Assembly (NCBI RefSeq): GCF_006345805.1
Contig: NC_043003.1
Location: 86,614,001-86,678,000, forward strand
DNA: 64,000 nt
Direction of reading: 5' to 3'
Source of the DNA: Octopus sinensis
Taxonomy: Eukaryota
Part shown: positions 14,926 through 27,437 of the stretch, piece by piece
How the letters are laid out: each line of letters begins with the position of its first letter
Position numbering within the stretch: the first letter of the stretch is position 1
Notes under the pieces: generated by a model
The model's database searches: none
Told to the model about the DNA's origin: nothing
Seen by the model: the letters and a program-made list of their open reading frames with translations, nothing else
Position numbers and translations under genes: made by a program

Positions 14926-17516
14926 TTCTATTCCTTTTGGCTGCCCTTCTTAATCAAGCTCTCTAGCTCGAGAACGTCCATCTGTTACTAACACCATATA
15001 CATGGAGGAATAGGTATGTCGTAGCTGATGATATACTGCCATGTACAGCAACTGTGACATCGACTGACATTCTCGTACACTCGGATAGTATGATGGCCGT
15101 TTGTCAGCCATGTCCTTTTACATACAGCTTGACTCTTTGAAAGAGATGCAGTGCTGACTTAAACGAAGATTAAGTTTGAATGCAGTATTCCCAGATGCCC
15201 ACAGTTTACAGCTAGTGGGGCAGCCTTATTAATTGTACATCAGCCCTTGCTTTCTATAAATGATTCATGGTCAGCAAGAGTAGAAACGTCTTGTGGAAAC
15301 TCAAGATGCCAATGAAAATCAACTAAACTGTCTATTCCGAAGGATTTTCAATCCTGGAAGCATAAACAACTTCCTGAAGTTCTTAACTTATCAATGCTAT
15401 TAGTAGAGGTTGCTGGTTTGCAGTAAAAGCTACAGGCAAGTGCTCCCAGCCAACGAAATCTTTTTCCATGTACTTTTTTGTTGTTCGATTTGTTGAGAGT
15501 TGGATGAGAGCGATGAGTATGGGATACGTAAATTTGTTTTCTCTAATAATCCACCAGTATGTTGGAAAATACAGCTTATAATAGATACTTGCCTTTGCTA
15601 GTCAGTGTAATCTTTGGTCTGTGGGATTTCTAGATTTTTTAGTTTTTGTCTCTCTGAGGTGATCTCCCATTTCATACATTTTGTATATTGTTGCTTCTTC
15701 ACGTCTGTTTTCCCTTTAATTGATTTTGCTTAAACATCCTAGTTTTGTAACTTAATCTGTAAATTTCCATCATCTGTCTTTCTTGCGGCAAATAAAAGAA
15801 ATCATTAGTATTATTAATTAAGGGATACATCAAGATTTCCCTTTCTTGATTCCAAAGAATTATCTCTATTGTGATCCCAAAGAATTATCTCTATTATCAA
15901 ATAATGGAGTTTGGATAAAATTCCTAATGAGAATGCTCTAACAATATTTACAGTTCCCTGGTGTTGCGTATCATTCCAGATTACAAATGGAATAATGAAT
16001 TCCTACATTCCGTATTGTTCGAATCAATAAATAAATCACTGGTATTTTATATCATTTCATTAGATTTCTGCACTATGCATCATTATAGTCATTTGGGATT
16101 GATATGTCAATTATTAAAATACTCTTGCATGTTTTTGTCATTCTCAGTGTTGTGCGTCAGCTACAGGCTACTGATTAGTTTACTTGTCTTATTCCCATAA
16201 GATCACTGTATTGTTGTTGTCTAGGGTTGCGAATCTTTACATGGATATCACAGATCATTTTCTTCACCAATGTGAAACTGAATATTAGGGTTTGTATAGA
16301 ACAATGTTAACTCAAATATATATTGTGAGGGTATTTTTAAAGCTCTGGTGTATTGTTTCAGAAAATAATTATGTTAGAATTATGGCTATCCCGAATTCTT
16401 TTCTACGACGCGATGGTCACGGTTAGAACATCTTCGATCATAGAACTGCTCACCCAGAGCTGATCTAGCACTAAGCATTAACAATTTTTCCTGTTTAGGT
16501 AGGACGTTTTAAAAATTCAAATCAGAATGATTTTTCAATATGTGAGACACTTAGCTTGCGGAAGTATTTTTATGTTAAGACAGAGCGTTTTATCTTTTCA
16601 TGGCAGCAGCACTTTTTTTTATGACACTTTTACTAATACGTTGGCTTTTGTTCAAAATCTTATACGATTTCTGGGAAGAATACGTCTGTTGCATTGATAA
16701 TCTATTTCCTACATTATTTTTATCACCTCAGTAAACAAAATTCCATGCCAAATAAGGAGTTCAGGCCATCAAGCTCGAAGTGCTAGAAATAGTTGGCTCA
16801 TCTCCCTCAATTCAAATTCTATAATAGCGAAAATGGTAACATAAGGTCCCAGATGCATAATACAAATATAAGAAAGTCTAGATGCTGGAACGCTTTTGAT
16901 CAGTTTTTTCCCCCCACCGGGGCTGATCTCAAGAGAAATTTTTGTTCTTAGTTTTAAAAGTCATGATGAACATCATGACAATGGTATGTACTCAGCTACT
17001 TTGTCTTATTGGTACAGTTACTGAGTGATATAGGGCAAAGTCGGAGGAAAAAAGACAATGCACCAAAATCTGATGGAGGAAAGAGAATAAAGAAACGTAG
17101 GGCTGTAATGGGAAATAATATATTCCCATACTGAACACTTGTGACAGAATGTACTCTACCAGTGGAACCCAAGGTTTAATTGTAAATGGTAATGAACCTA
17201 GTGACAGGTTATATCTACCAAAAGTACAGCTTATACGACGGGTTTTCATATAGTTTTTCGTCAACATAATTTCACTCACATCTTCATGGTGACTCAAAGC
17301 ATTACACAACGAAATCGAACTCAGAAGTCTGTGAATTTCGAAGTGAACTTCTTTACTACATAGCTATGTTTGTGCGCGCGCGAAGATTTATTTCTAGTGT
17401 TGTATAATGTCTACATATGTTATGCTCCTGTTCACTTCCATAAAACCATGTTACAATGGTACCACGGCGTCAATAATATTGATGATCGTTACTACTCGTA
17501 TAATTAAATAAATATA

Positions 17517-17690
17517 GGCGCAGGAGTGGCTGTGTGGAAAAAAGACTTGCTTCCTAACCACATGGTTCCAGGTTCAGTCCCACTGCATGGCACTTTGGGC
17601 AAGTGTCTTCAATGATACTTCGGACTGAGCAAGGCACTAAGGCGTTGTGAGTACATTTGGGAAATGGAAACTGAAAGAAGCCGGTCAGAT
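17517..17690 (+). mobile_element. SINE family B head
   Basis: GGCGCAGGAGTGGCTGTGTGG...GGTTCAGTCCCACTGC matches 29136. Confidence 0.85.
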
Positions 17691-18315
17691 ATATATACAG
17701 GAAGAGAGAGTGAAAGATAGAGAGAGGCAATTATGCAAACAGTCAAATTAGATATATTAAATATATTAAATATATTAGATATGATACTTTGGGTATAAAA
17801 TACAAAATATGTATATATGTATACATGCAAAATGAGAGAAAACAAAAGGCGGAAACTTCCAGATGATGAAATTTTAAGTATAAGTGTATAGATATTTATA
17901 CTAATAGGTCCAACTTACACAGAGTACAAACAGCAGAGAAAAGTCCACACCTTTAATTTTCTCTGTACTCTCTGTAGGTTGCATTTATTCATACAAATAT
18001 CTATATATTTATACATATAAATTCATCCTCTGAAAGTCACTAGTTTTGCTTTCTCTCGTTTTGCGTATATACATGTACACATAATTTGTATTTCATACCC
18101 AAGTTATTATATTTAATATATTTGATATATTTAATGCAAATAATTTGTTTATCCGCATAATTGCCTCAATATCCGCCTAACTTGATTCCTCTTACAGACA
18201 TTCTTTACTTTTCGGAATCGATCCCCTGTAAAGACGTTGGAGTCTTTTGAGCACTACCGTATTCTATAGAGAATCTCTGAATCTAAACTGTGGACTGTGG
18301 TGTGTATGTGTATGT

Positions 18316-18339
<24 letters not shown>

Positions 18340-18359
<20 letters not shown>

Positions 18360-18745
18360 CTGTCTGTCTGTATGTTTTCCACCAGTTTGACATCTGGTCC
18401 TGGTGTGATTACGTCCCTGTCTGTAACTTGGCGGTTCGGCAGAAGCAACCAATAGAATAAGTACTAGGCTTTAAAAATTTTGTGGCTATAATCAAATGAC
18501 TGGAGCAAGCTCAAGATAAAAGATACAAGATAAAAGATTTTTTTTTTTTCTATTTTCTAAAAGATACATGTGTATTTGTCCCTGTTGTATCCGTGTTTGT
18601 CTCGTTACCATCATTTAGCAAACACGCCCCCGTAAAGTACCGGCTCGGCCAAAGGAACCGGTAGCATAAGCACTAGGCGTAGAAAGAGTAAGTCCTGTGT
18701 TCGATTTATTCGATTTAAAACTGAAAATGACTAAAACAAGTAGTA
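18340..18745 (+). mobile_element. Two SINE family B 3' fragments
   Basis: Match the 3' half of 29136-29540 (GGCGGTTCGGCA..CCAATAGAATAAGTACT; AGTCCTGTGTTCGATTT). Confidence 0.7.
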
Positions 18746-20059
18746 GAATAAAAGAATGAAAATATATTTTAACGCTTAAACATAGATAGAACTTTTGTTG
18801 TAACTGAGAGTTATATTTCAACATACTTTAAAAATGTGAATCACATAATCTGAAACGAAATATGAGGCTGGTTGTAATTTTTTCTCCTTTTCGAAGCGGT
18901 AGGATAGACAATATTGCTGAATTGCAAAAGTTGCATTCTTAGAGATATATTGAAGACATTTCACCTGAAGTAACATTATTCTAGATCATGATAGCACGTG
19001 TCTTTAAAATATGCATTTAAAAAATTTTCTTTCTGGTTAAATAATCAGAAATATTGCCAGGAACACTTCTGGAATTATGAAATGTATACGTTCAAATTGA
19101 GATAAGTATTTATTCTATTTCTCTTTCAGTAACAATACACTTCAGAATCTAATGAACCCAGTTTTTGAACATGTAGAACAACTGAATTTTAAAAAAACTT
19201 TCCGGACTATTAAACCTTAATGAGAATTTATTATCTGGAGAATTTGTTATCATAGAAGGCTGAAGGGCGGTCTTAGTCATATGAGCTTCAAGAATCTTAG
19301 TTTGTAAGACCAATATATTTTCATATACTGAACACATTATTTAAATAATTCAAGGTCATTTGGAAGAATGTTTCATATCTTGAGATGGATAAACGGACCG
19401 ACGGTTGGATAGAGGGAAAATTGAGGGAATGATGAATGAATAGAGGGAGAGGGAGGGAAGTATGGACTGATAGATTTTTGAATGGATAGGTTAACGAATG
19501 GATCGATGAATCTAATACGCGACCAAGACATTCAGGACAGAATGTAGTTTTGTGTTCCTCAAATGAAAATCATCTGGAATTTTCTTTCGTTTAGAAATAT
19601 ACAATTTTAAGTATCATACAAATTATCCAGCCTTGAATTAAAGGCATATACGAGAAAAGAGAGATGAATTTTACTTCGGAGCTGAATAACGTGTGTGAGG
19701 TATTATAATTTTAATTATTCAGATTCTTCTTTAACTTTAGTATCACAAGACGGTATGTGGCCTTCCCTAATAGAAATTATTCATCTTGAAATCGAACGCG
19801 TTGGAACTGAATGCTAAGGATATATAATTGCTATTTGTATCATGTCTAGTGACCACATTTCAGTAATAAATATACGTACGTACACATACACACATACATA
19901 TATGCGAGGGGAAGTAAACAATTACTTTCGCCATAGCATATCTTTATTATTGTCACACTGCCTTCTACAAATGAGTGTTTATAGTTGGTATTATTGTGGT
20001 CACGTGATCGAAGTTTGAGCCCGATCGCGCCACTTTTCTTTCTGGCTTTACAGTGTAAG

Positions 20060-20516
20060 TGTTGTGACGCTACTGTGGAAGTTTCAGTGCGCATGCGCAG
20101 AATTGGATTACTTCCGGTAGGCCGCTGGAAGTTCCCACATGCGCATGCGCAGGAACTCAACCTGAAAGCGTCTCCGCTAAATCTGCCTTTTTGGAAGAGC
20201 AGCCCTAATGAGCAGACGTGACTAAAACTTCTCTCAGGGAAATCCCCACGCATAGAGAAGCTCTCTTCGAAGCGGGAACGGAGACCGTATCTTCTTGCTC
20301 ACCCAAGTGAACATTTCTAAACAGTCCTGTGGACTTGACTGCCGGTTCGCCCTTAAGAAATATATATGTATACATTTTACCTGTGAACCCAAAGAATAAA
20401 GCACTGTTTATTGTTATTGAAGACAGCCGGATTTTTGGTTCCTTTTCTTCGACTTGTATGTGACAAGATAAGACCAGACAACCCTCAAGTGTTCCTGAAA
20501 CTCTCATCTTGTTACA
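20060..20516 (+). mobile_element. Solo LTR, 457 bp, with 4-bp target-site duplication TAAG
   Basis: TGT...ACA termini; TAAG at 20056-20059 and 20517-20520; interrupts a mariner 5' UTR that is continuous in the - arm; TATA-like at about 20361, AATAAA at 20395-20400. Confidence 0.88.
20088..20151 (+). promoter_or_regulatory. Promoter-like motif cluster in the LTR (two NRF1-type palindromes, CCAAT, ETS)
   Basis: TGCGCATGCGCA at 20088-20099 and 20140-20151; ATTGG at 20102-20106; ACTTCCGG at 20110-20117. Confidence 0.6.
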
Positions 20517-21037
20517 TAAGCATGCGTGCTCCACTAGCAATGTCCACCAAAGAAGATCGAAGAGCAGTGATCCAAGAGTTGGTAATGGTGAACCGGATCA
20601 CCACTACCATCTCTCAGTTTGTTGAATTTTCTCATCAGTGGTGGAGGTTGACTGGCCTACTTAGCCCTCTTCATGCGTCACGCTTGTCCGGCCATTTTAA
20701 ACTTCTCGATCCACTCATATACACATGTACGCGGTAGTAATGCACTGTCTCCGTATTGTACAAAAAGCCTCCGAAGAATTTCGGCACCTGACACACCTTA
20801 CGACCAGAGAAATTGGATCACTGTTTTTTTTTTGTTCTTCTTTGGTGCTCATTGCTAGTGGAGCGGCCATGCTTATACGGTAAAGCCAGAAAGAAAAATT
20901 GCGCAATCAGGCGCAAACTTCAATCACATGACCACAATAGCACCAACTATAAGCACGCATGCGTAAAATGTAGCGTGCCAATAATAAATAAATGTTATGG
21001 GGAACGTGCGGATAATTTTTGAATATATATATATATA

Positions 21038-21745
21038 TTCAGGGTTTGATGGATAAATTGTCACCAATTTATATTTTTATTTCGCACAAAGCATGCGCAT
21101 TGCATTTATTCGGTTTTGTCGACTACACAGTATTGTAGGGTCAGTCGGACACTGTTTGTGAGAAAAGCAGTACTATGACGCAATTCATTCTGCCAGAAAG
21201 TTGGAAACGATTTGTTGTACTGTTTGGCATTCGCGCCAAAAGCTCCAATACGAACATTTCAGAGTGTTTGGATGTCAATCTGGGAACAGTGCAATTTCAG
21301 GACATGTGCTGAGAATGATAAAAATCAAATATCCAGTCAACATCATAGTGTTTTGAGTGATAATTAGTGATGGCGACGTTATGCCTCCATTCATCTTCCC
21401 ACATGGCCTCACACTCAACATGCAGGCCTACATCAAGTGCCTGGAGGAGGTAGTGCTGCCCTAGGTCAAGAGGGTGGCTACTAGAAGGCCCTATGTCTGG
21501 CAACAGGATTGCATCATGCTTCACAAGCAGGATAACCCAGTCATGGCTGTCAGATAATTTCTGCGACCACATAACTCCTAAGATCTGGCCACCTAGCTCC
21601 CCAGACTGCAACCCCTTTACTATTATGTGTGGGGCGCAGTTACGCGAGCGACCAACGAAACTCCTTGTAACACCAAAGATTAACTGAAGGCAAGAATTAT
21701 GGCAGCATTCACCATCTTAAACAAGGAGACCGTCCCGAAGAGGTG
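21038..21745 (+). mobile_element. maT/DD37D-type Tc1/mariner, internally deleted and 3'-truncated
   Basis: GDVMPPFIFPHGL..RPYVWQQD..WPPSSPDCNP; begins TA|TTCAGGGTTTGATGG. Confidence 0.85.
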
Positions 21746-23618
21746 CAGGAGATTTTGCCTCCCCCTCGCCTTCTGTTATCATGCCAAAGAACGACTAAAT
21801 TTCTGCCTTTTCAAGCGAAATGATTTCCTGTTGCCTTTCCACAACGAAGGCATTTTTTATACACTAGCGTTTCTTCTAAAGGAGGCTTCTTTGTACTTTT
21901 TAAGCAAAATTTCCAACACAGGAGCAAAAATAGTCACACAGAAAGTTCAAAATCCTCTCCCCTTAGGGGAGGATAACAATTCAACAGTGGTGTGTTTTTT
22001 TTTTTAAAAACCTTTCAACCAACAGAAAACAAACCAACAAAGCGTGCAAGCAGGTAACAAAATTTAAACAAGATATTATATCTTATTTCGTTTAGTGTCA
22101 TCCCACTGTGTTTTTACTTTAATTTAAACTACCTAAGATATTTCTTTTCCCTCCCAGCAAAATCAATATAATAATCAACAGTAATATAGCTAATTCAATT
22201 TAATGGACTTCATACCTTTGCCTTGAAAGATTGGCCCTGTGCCTAGTCTCAAGAAACCAGTAGCTATTATTGTAAATGTATGATTGTCTATAGAGAATTC
22301 TTATTTCATTTCTTTAGAATGGAATCGTCGTATTTTACGACTTGAATACATACATACATACATACATACATACATACATGAACAAATACAGACATACATG
22401 CATACGCACACATGCATACGCACATATGCATACGCACATACATATGCATAAAATGTTTCTTCCTTTCTAAAATATGAACACAAAGCCAAATTTTACCACA
22501 GGCATCTAAAACTATTTAACCCTAGTCCGTTCCTTCTCATCTCTCCCTCCTCCACAATATACATCCTGGTTTTGCCGTTATTTCATTATTTCTTCATTGC
22601 TGTTAATGCACTGATTCACTGAGACAAATATATTTGACACTATTAATCTTTTAAAGTTCATCCAATCGTATTAATCATTGTAAAAGTAATTTTCATAAAG
22701 TTCAAAAGGTGAGGTTTCTATTTTGACGTCTTACTATATTTCCAAATCTGAGGGCAATTATTTGACGACATGATAGAACACTCGCAGTTCAAATGTTGCT
22801 AAAAGTCTTCCCTGTGAAACCTAGCTTCTAGTATTCGTGTTAATTTTCTAAGTTTCTATTCTAATAATAGTTTAGAAGTAGTAAGAATAAATATTCCCTA
22901 CACGTTGAGACTTTTAATTGGCAGGCATACAGATAAGAGCATTGATCTCAGCTTTACTTTCGTTCCTTTTTCAAACCCAACTGTGGTCGGCTAACCTTTA
23001 TAACCATGGGCTTTTAATCACCACCCCAAATTAACGTTGCCTTAATATGAAAATATGCCTATTTTTTGGCGCTTGTATCAGTAAAGTAGATAATTTAATT
23101 TTAGGTGCCAAACTAATGTTCTCTAAGGATGCATAGGTAATCCTATTTCTGCAGTCTAAATGCTTAAAGTTCTCTCTTTTAAAAACATTTTTCTTTGTCA
23201 AATTCTAAATCAAGTGATCAATTCCTTTTCATGAGTTTTTATTGAGGCGAGAATCATTCAGGTAATAGCTCGTGAAAACCAATTCCACCGTCGTGTTTTT
23301 ACAACTCGTTAAAACACTGCCTTTTCTTAAATATGCGCCATTCTTACAAAGTTGTTACCAATCTGCTTAATATTTAAATTATAGCATTGTTTTTTTTTTC
23401 ATATAATTCATGCATATTTATCAAATTATAAATAAATGAAAGCGTATCAACATACATCTGGGTAAATGGATAGAAAATGAAACATTCTGAGCTTTTCATG
23501 CAAACGCAGTTTTATTGCATGGATGCATCCGATGTAACAGCTGGAGCCATGAAGTTTGTGGCTCTGTTTTATATACGTTTTCTCTTTCGTGAAATTTTAA
23601 ACAATATATTCTTCTTTC

Positions 23619-24704
23619 ATGATGTAGTTTTATACATAATGTGTGAACACACTATCCAATATTTTAATTATAGTTTCTATTACTGGAATGTTTTAAGTAC
23701 AAATAAATATATCATAAATTCATACAAATATTCTGTAATTATAAACATAATTATAATCAGGGGTCAACTAATTGCTTCGCCACGCACCGATTTTTGTAGA
23801 AGAATATATTGAATTTTGTGGTATATGATAAGTGTAGTTTATGTATTTTTAATAGATACTGCACATGTTGTAATAGTGCTGGTCTGATTATTCTTACATT
23901 GTTGTATTTCCTAGTCTATTATCCAATTTTGGTATCTGTTTCAAGCACAGGATTTTTCTTTAGTAGATGAAATTTAAATAGGACATTTAAGGAATTTGTC
24001 CCCAGCTATTTTGTTTCTATCGAGATAGTTCATATATAAGCATTTGCTTGTTTTTCAGCTGTCATGTTCTATGTGTAGTTCCTTATTGCTACATTTATAT
24101 CTCAGAAACGGGTAACGATATGGTTTGAATATTTTAAAGCTATATTGGGTCGTAAATGTCACAATAAAAATTTTAAGTTTTTTAAGTTTTTCAACCATTT
24201 CGTCTGTATCAATCATACTGTATGTTATCAATGTATCTTGTGTAGATGGTATAGTTATATTGGGTATGGCTTTGTTTTCCATGTTGGCCACTTAAGATGT
24301 GAATTTTGGTTTAAGTGAAGAATTCATATCCATTTCATTTTTCTGGGAGTTATCATATTCTGGACAGGAAACCTAATTTATACAAGTTTATTGAAACTTT
24401 TCATGATGCGGTTTCATACATAACGTGTGAACACACTATCCAATATTTTAATTATAATTTCTATCACTGGAATGTTTTAAGTACAAATAAATATATCAAA
24501 TTTATACAAATATTCTGTAATTATAAACATAATTATAATCAGGGGTCAGCTAATTCCTTCGCCACGCACCGATTTTTTTTTTAAAAGCGTGTTACTGTCT
24601 GGTCATAGAAAAGGCATTTAACTCCTATTTCTAAATTCGGTACGTGGCAAAGCAATTAGCTGACCCTTGATTATAATTATGTTTATAATTTTAGAATATT
24701 TGTA
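23619..24704. repeat. About 180-bp direct duplicate (23619-23797 / 24402-24578) plus hairpin (about 24505-24575 / 24633-24704)
   Basis: Shared ATAAACATAATTATAATCAGGGGTCA.CTAATT..TTCGCCACGCACCGATT; third copy inverted; KPNLYKFIETF just upstream weakly recalls a MULE transposase. Confidence 0.75.
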
Positions 24705-25685
24705 AGTTTACCTAAGAAGTTTATTATAACGTACCGAACTACTTCATAAAATTATTGATTATCAATTAATTAATTGATTAATAAATTAATATATTTTACA
24801 CTTTTATTATTATTGAAATTATAATTTACTCCCTGATCGAAAAGGAGAGAGAAGAGTTAACGACCTGCGGTTAGGTGGGGAAGTAATAATTATTAAGTGG
24901 TTGAAAAGTTAGCTGAAGGGATAGATAGAGAGATGCGTAGAAGAAGCAGTTATCTTGAGAGAGAGAGAGAGAGAAAGAGAGACAGGTAGACAGTGGTGGT
25001 GGTATGTTGATAACGAAAAGCATTTCTTTTTATTGAACAATTTTTTTTCTATAGCGACCATTACTTAAAGCGATTATTGTTTATAGCGACCATTGCTTAA
25101 AAATATGTGCAATTATTTATCGTCTACTCGCTTAAAAATTAATTTAGCCTAAACTCTGGATTCACAAGAAACACGGTTGCAAGCTGCCCGAGAAAGGATG
25201 TACAGATATAGAGCACGGATCAGAAAAGAATACCGAGAAAATATAATATAAAGAGAAAACGAAATGCCAGCACCGATGGAGATGTGACGAAATGAATTTA
25301 GACGAACGTCAAGAATATCTAAAGAAATTTAAAATATGAATGCTATAAAAATTCAAATCATTCTTGCTTTTTTAAATAGGTCCTTTTAATTTTTTCCATT
25401 CCGTGGAATTTCCACTGGTCCCACTAGTTTTAGATAATCTAGAACTTAACTTTAATGTATATTTGATATCCACAGTCATTTCATTCATTAGATGTTCACA
25501 TGTTTGTCATCGCTTGTGTTTTTAAAATTTTTATATTTTATCTTTTATTTTACAATTATTTCTTTTTGTATAGGTTGATTTTGACATTGTATATTATTAT
25601 TTTTATTATTATTATATTTGGCTGTGATTTCTAGAAATATACGACTCACATCAAACACGTGTCATATTTTCATTTTATTTTTTAT

Positions 25686-25747
<62 letters not shown>

Positions 25748-25751
<4 letters not shown>

Positions 25752-25921
25752 GGGTTTGATGGGTAAATCGTCGCCAATTTATATTTTTATTTCGCACAAA
25801 GCATGCGCATTGCATTTATTCGGTTTTGTCGACTACACAGTATTGTAGGGTCAGTCGGACACTGTTTGTGAGAAAAGCAGTACTATGACGCAATTCATTC
25901 TGCCAGAGAGTTGGAAACGAT
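25748..25921 (+). mobile_element. maT 5' end, second copy
   Basis: Nearly identical to 21038-21211. Confidence 0.9.
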
Positions 25922-26501
25922 TCTCCTAAACATTACCTAAGTCCACCATTGCACCCTATAAAGTTAGTGGTCACTGTATGGTGATTTTATGGTGATTTGA
26001 GTTATTCATTATTCATTTTTACAACAAGCAAAAACGGTAACAGCAACATCGTATTGCCAGGAAATTGATTGTATGCATGAGAATTTGAAAAAGAAGCAAC
26101 CCATTCAAGTGAATAGAGATAACCCAATTTTGCTCTACAATAATGCACGTCCTCACAAGCTAGGGTTCAAAAGTTGCAAATTCTGACTTTATGAGATTTT
26201 GCAACATACTCCATATTCTCCTGACATCTCTCATACTGATCAACACTGATTTAAGCATTTTCAGCTTTTCATAGGCAATAAAAGATTAAAGATTCTTAAC
26301 TAGAGAAGAGGTGATTGAAGCATTCGGATAGTTTATCACAGCAAATGATGAATTTGCTTTTAAAGATGAAATATATGACAGGGAAACGTTGGGAAAACGT
26401 CATAAATGAACACGGATCAAAATTTGATTAAATCAGTTCTCTAACACTTCTGAAACATTTTATTGTTGCCTGTCAATTACATTTCATGTCAAACAACTTA
26501 A
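25922..26501 (+). mobile_element. Hsmar1-like mariner 3' half, decayed
   Basis: SPKHY..PLHPIKLVVTVW, ILLYNNARPH, LQHTPYSPDIS; 3' TIR ..ATTTCATGTCAAACAACTTAA|TA. Confidence 0.85.
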
Positions 26502-26533
26502 TATATATACAAATACACACACACACGCATCTA

Positions 26534-26588
<55 letters not shown>

Positions 26589-26706
26589 AATCAAGGAACG
26601 GCCATAATAGGCCATTCACCCACTAGAAATAACAGCCAAAAGCTTTAACCGCAAAATAACATCAATTCCGTAAACCAGGAGAAAATTAAAAAACATTTAC
26701 CCTGTA

Positions 26707-26818
26707 ATTTCTTATACGATGCACCGTTTCATCTACTGTTTAATGGTAAACTAACCTGATTAAATTAAATTAAATCAAGCCAATCTACCATAGGCCCTTA
26801 GATTCATCAGTAAGAAAT
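26707..26818 (-). ncRNA. Type I hammerhead ribozyme (array copy 1)
   Basis: Reverse complement identical to the HHR at 27326-27437. Confidence 0.9.
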
Positions 26819-27325
26819 AGCCAAGTCGAAACAGATATTTTTCACGAGGCATTCCCGTCCCTGCCTCGGCAATATCTGACCTAAAATTTTCAAATCATCG
26901 CACTCGCGCCAAATTTATCGGCAGCAAATAAATATAAGCCGCCGATTCCATTACGGAATTAACCAGAAAATTCATAATTAATCAATATAGGGTGGCAAAA
27001 AATTTTGTAGAATTTTTTTGCCACCAGCGGCCTAGTGGGAAAAAATTAAATAGTCATATACCATTGTTAAGTTCAACATCACAATCAAGGAACGGCCATA
27101 ATAGGCCATTCACCCGCTGGTGGCAAAAAAATTCTACAAAATTTTTTGCCACCCTATATTGATTAATTATGAATTTTCTGGTTAATTCCGTAATGGAATC
27201 GGCGGCTTATATTTATTTGCTGCCGATAAATTTGGCGCGAGTGCGATGATTTGAAAATTTTAGGTCAGATATTGCCAAGGCAGGGACGAGAATGCCTCGT
27301 GAAAAATATCTGTTCCGACTTGGCT

Positions 27326-27437
27326 ATTTCTTACTGATGAATCTAAGGGCCTATGGTAGATTGGCTTGATTTAATTTAATTTAATCAGGTTAGTTTACCA
27401 TTAAACAGTAGATGAAACGGTGCATCGTATAAGAAAT
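27326..27437 (+). ncRNA. Type I hammerhead ribozyme (array copy 2); predicted cleavage after A27429 (GUA)
   Basis: Stem I ATTTCTTA/TAAGAAAT; CTGATGA 27334-27340; stem II ATCTA...TAGAT; GAAA 27414-27417; stem III CGGTGCATCG; TA. Confidence 0.92.

Larger units (their letters stand above)
19905..21022. mobile_element. Head-to-head pair of mariner 5' ends, with a nested LTR
   Basis: The + arm (19905-20059, resuming 20517-20575) and - arm (about 20576-21022) are homologous 5' ends; the - arm encodes MAAPLAMSTKEEQ...CVYEWIEKFK..RTSVTHEEG (mariner HTH); TIR related to the 9539 element. Confidence 0.85.

Noticed and set aside
15300-15790. Further Dong-like RT fragment on the minus strand
   Set aside because: Only vague resemblance through many stops; no diagnostic motif.
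25140-25290. Helitron-like N-terminal repeat (ETRLQAARERMYRYRA)
   Set aside because: Short, compositionally biased, with no Rep or helicase motifs nearby.
26584-27115. Second, opposite-polarity ribozyme (ambisense viroid-like RNA)
   Set aside because: The antisense monomer has no CTGANGA core (only CTGATTA and CTGACCT); other ribozyme classes could not be assessed by eye.
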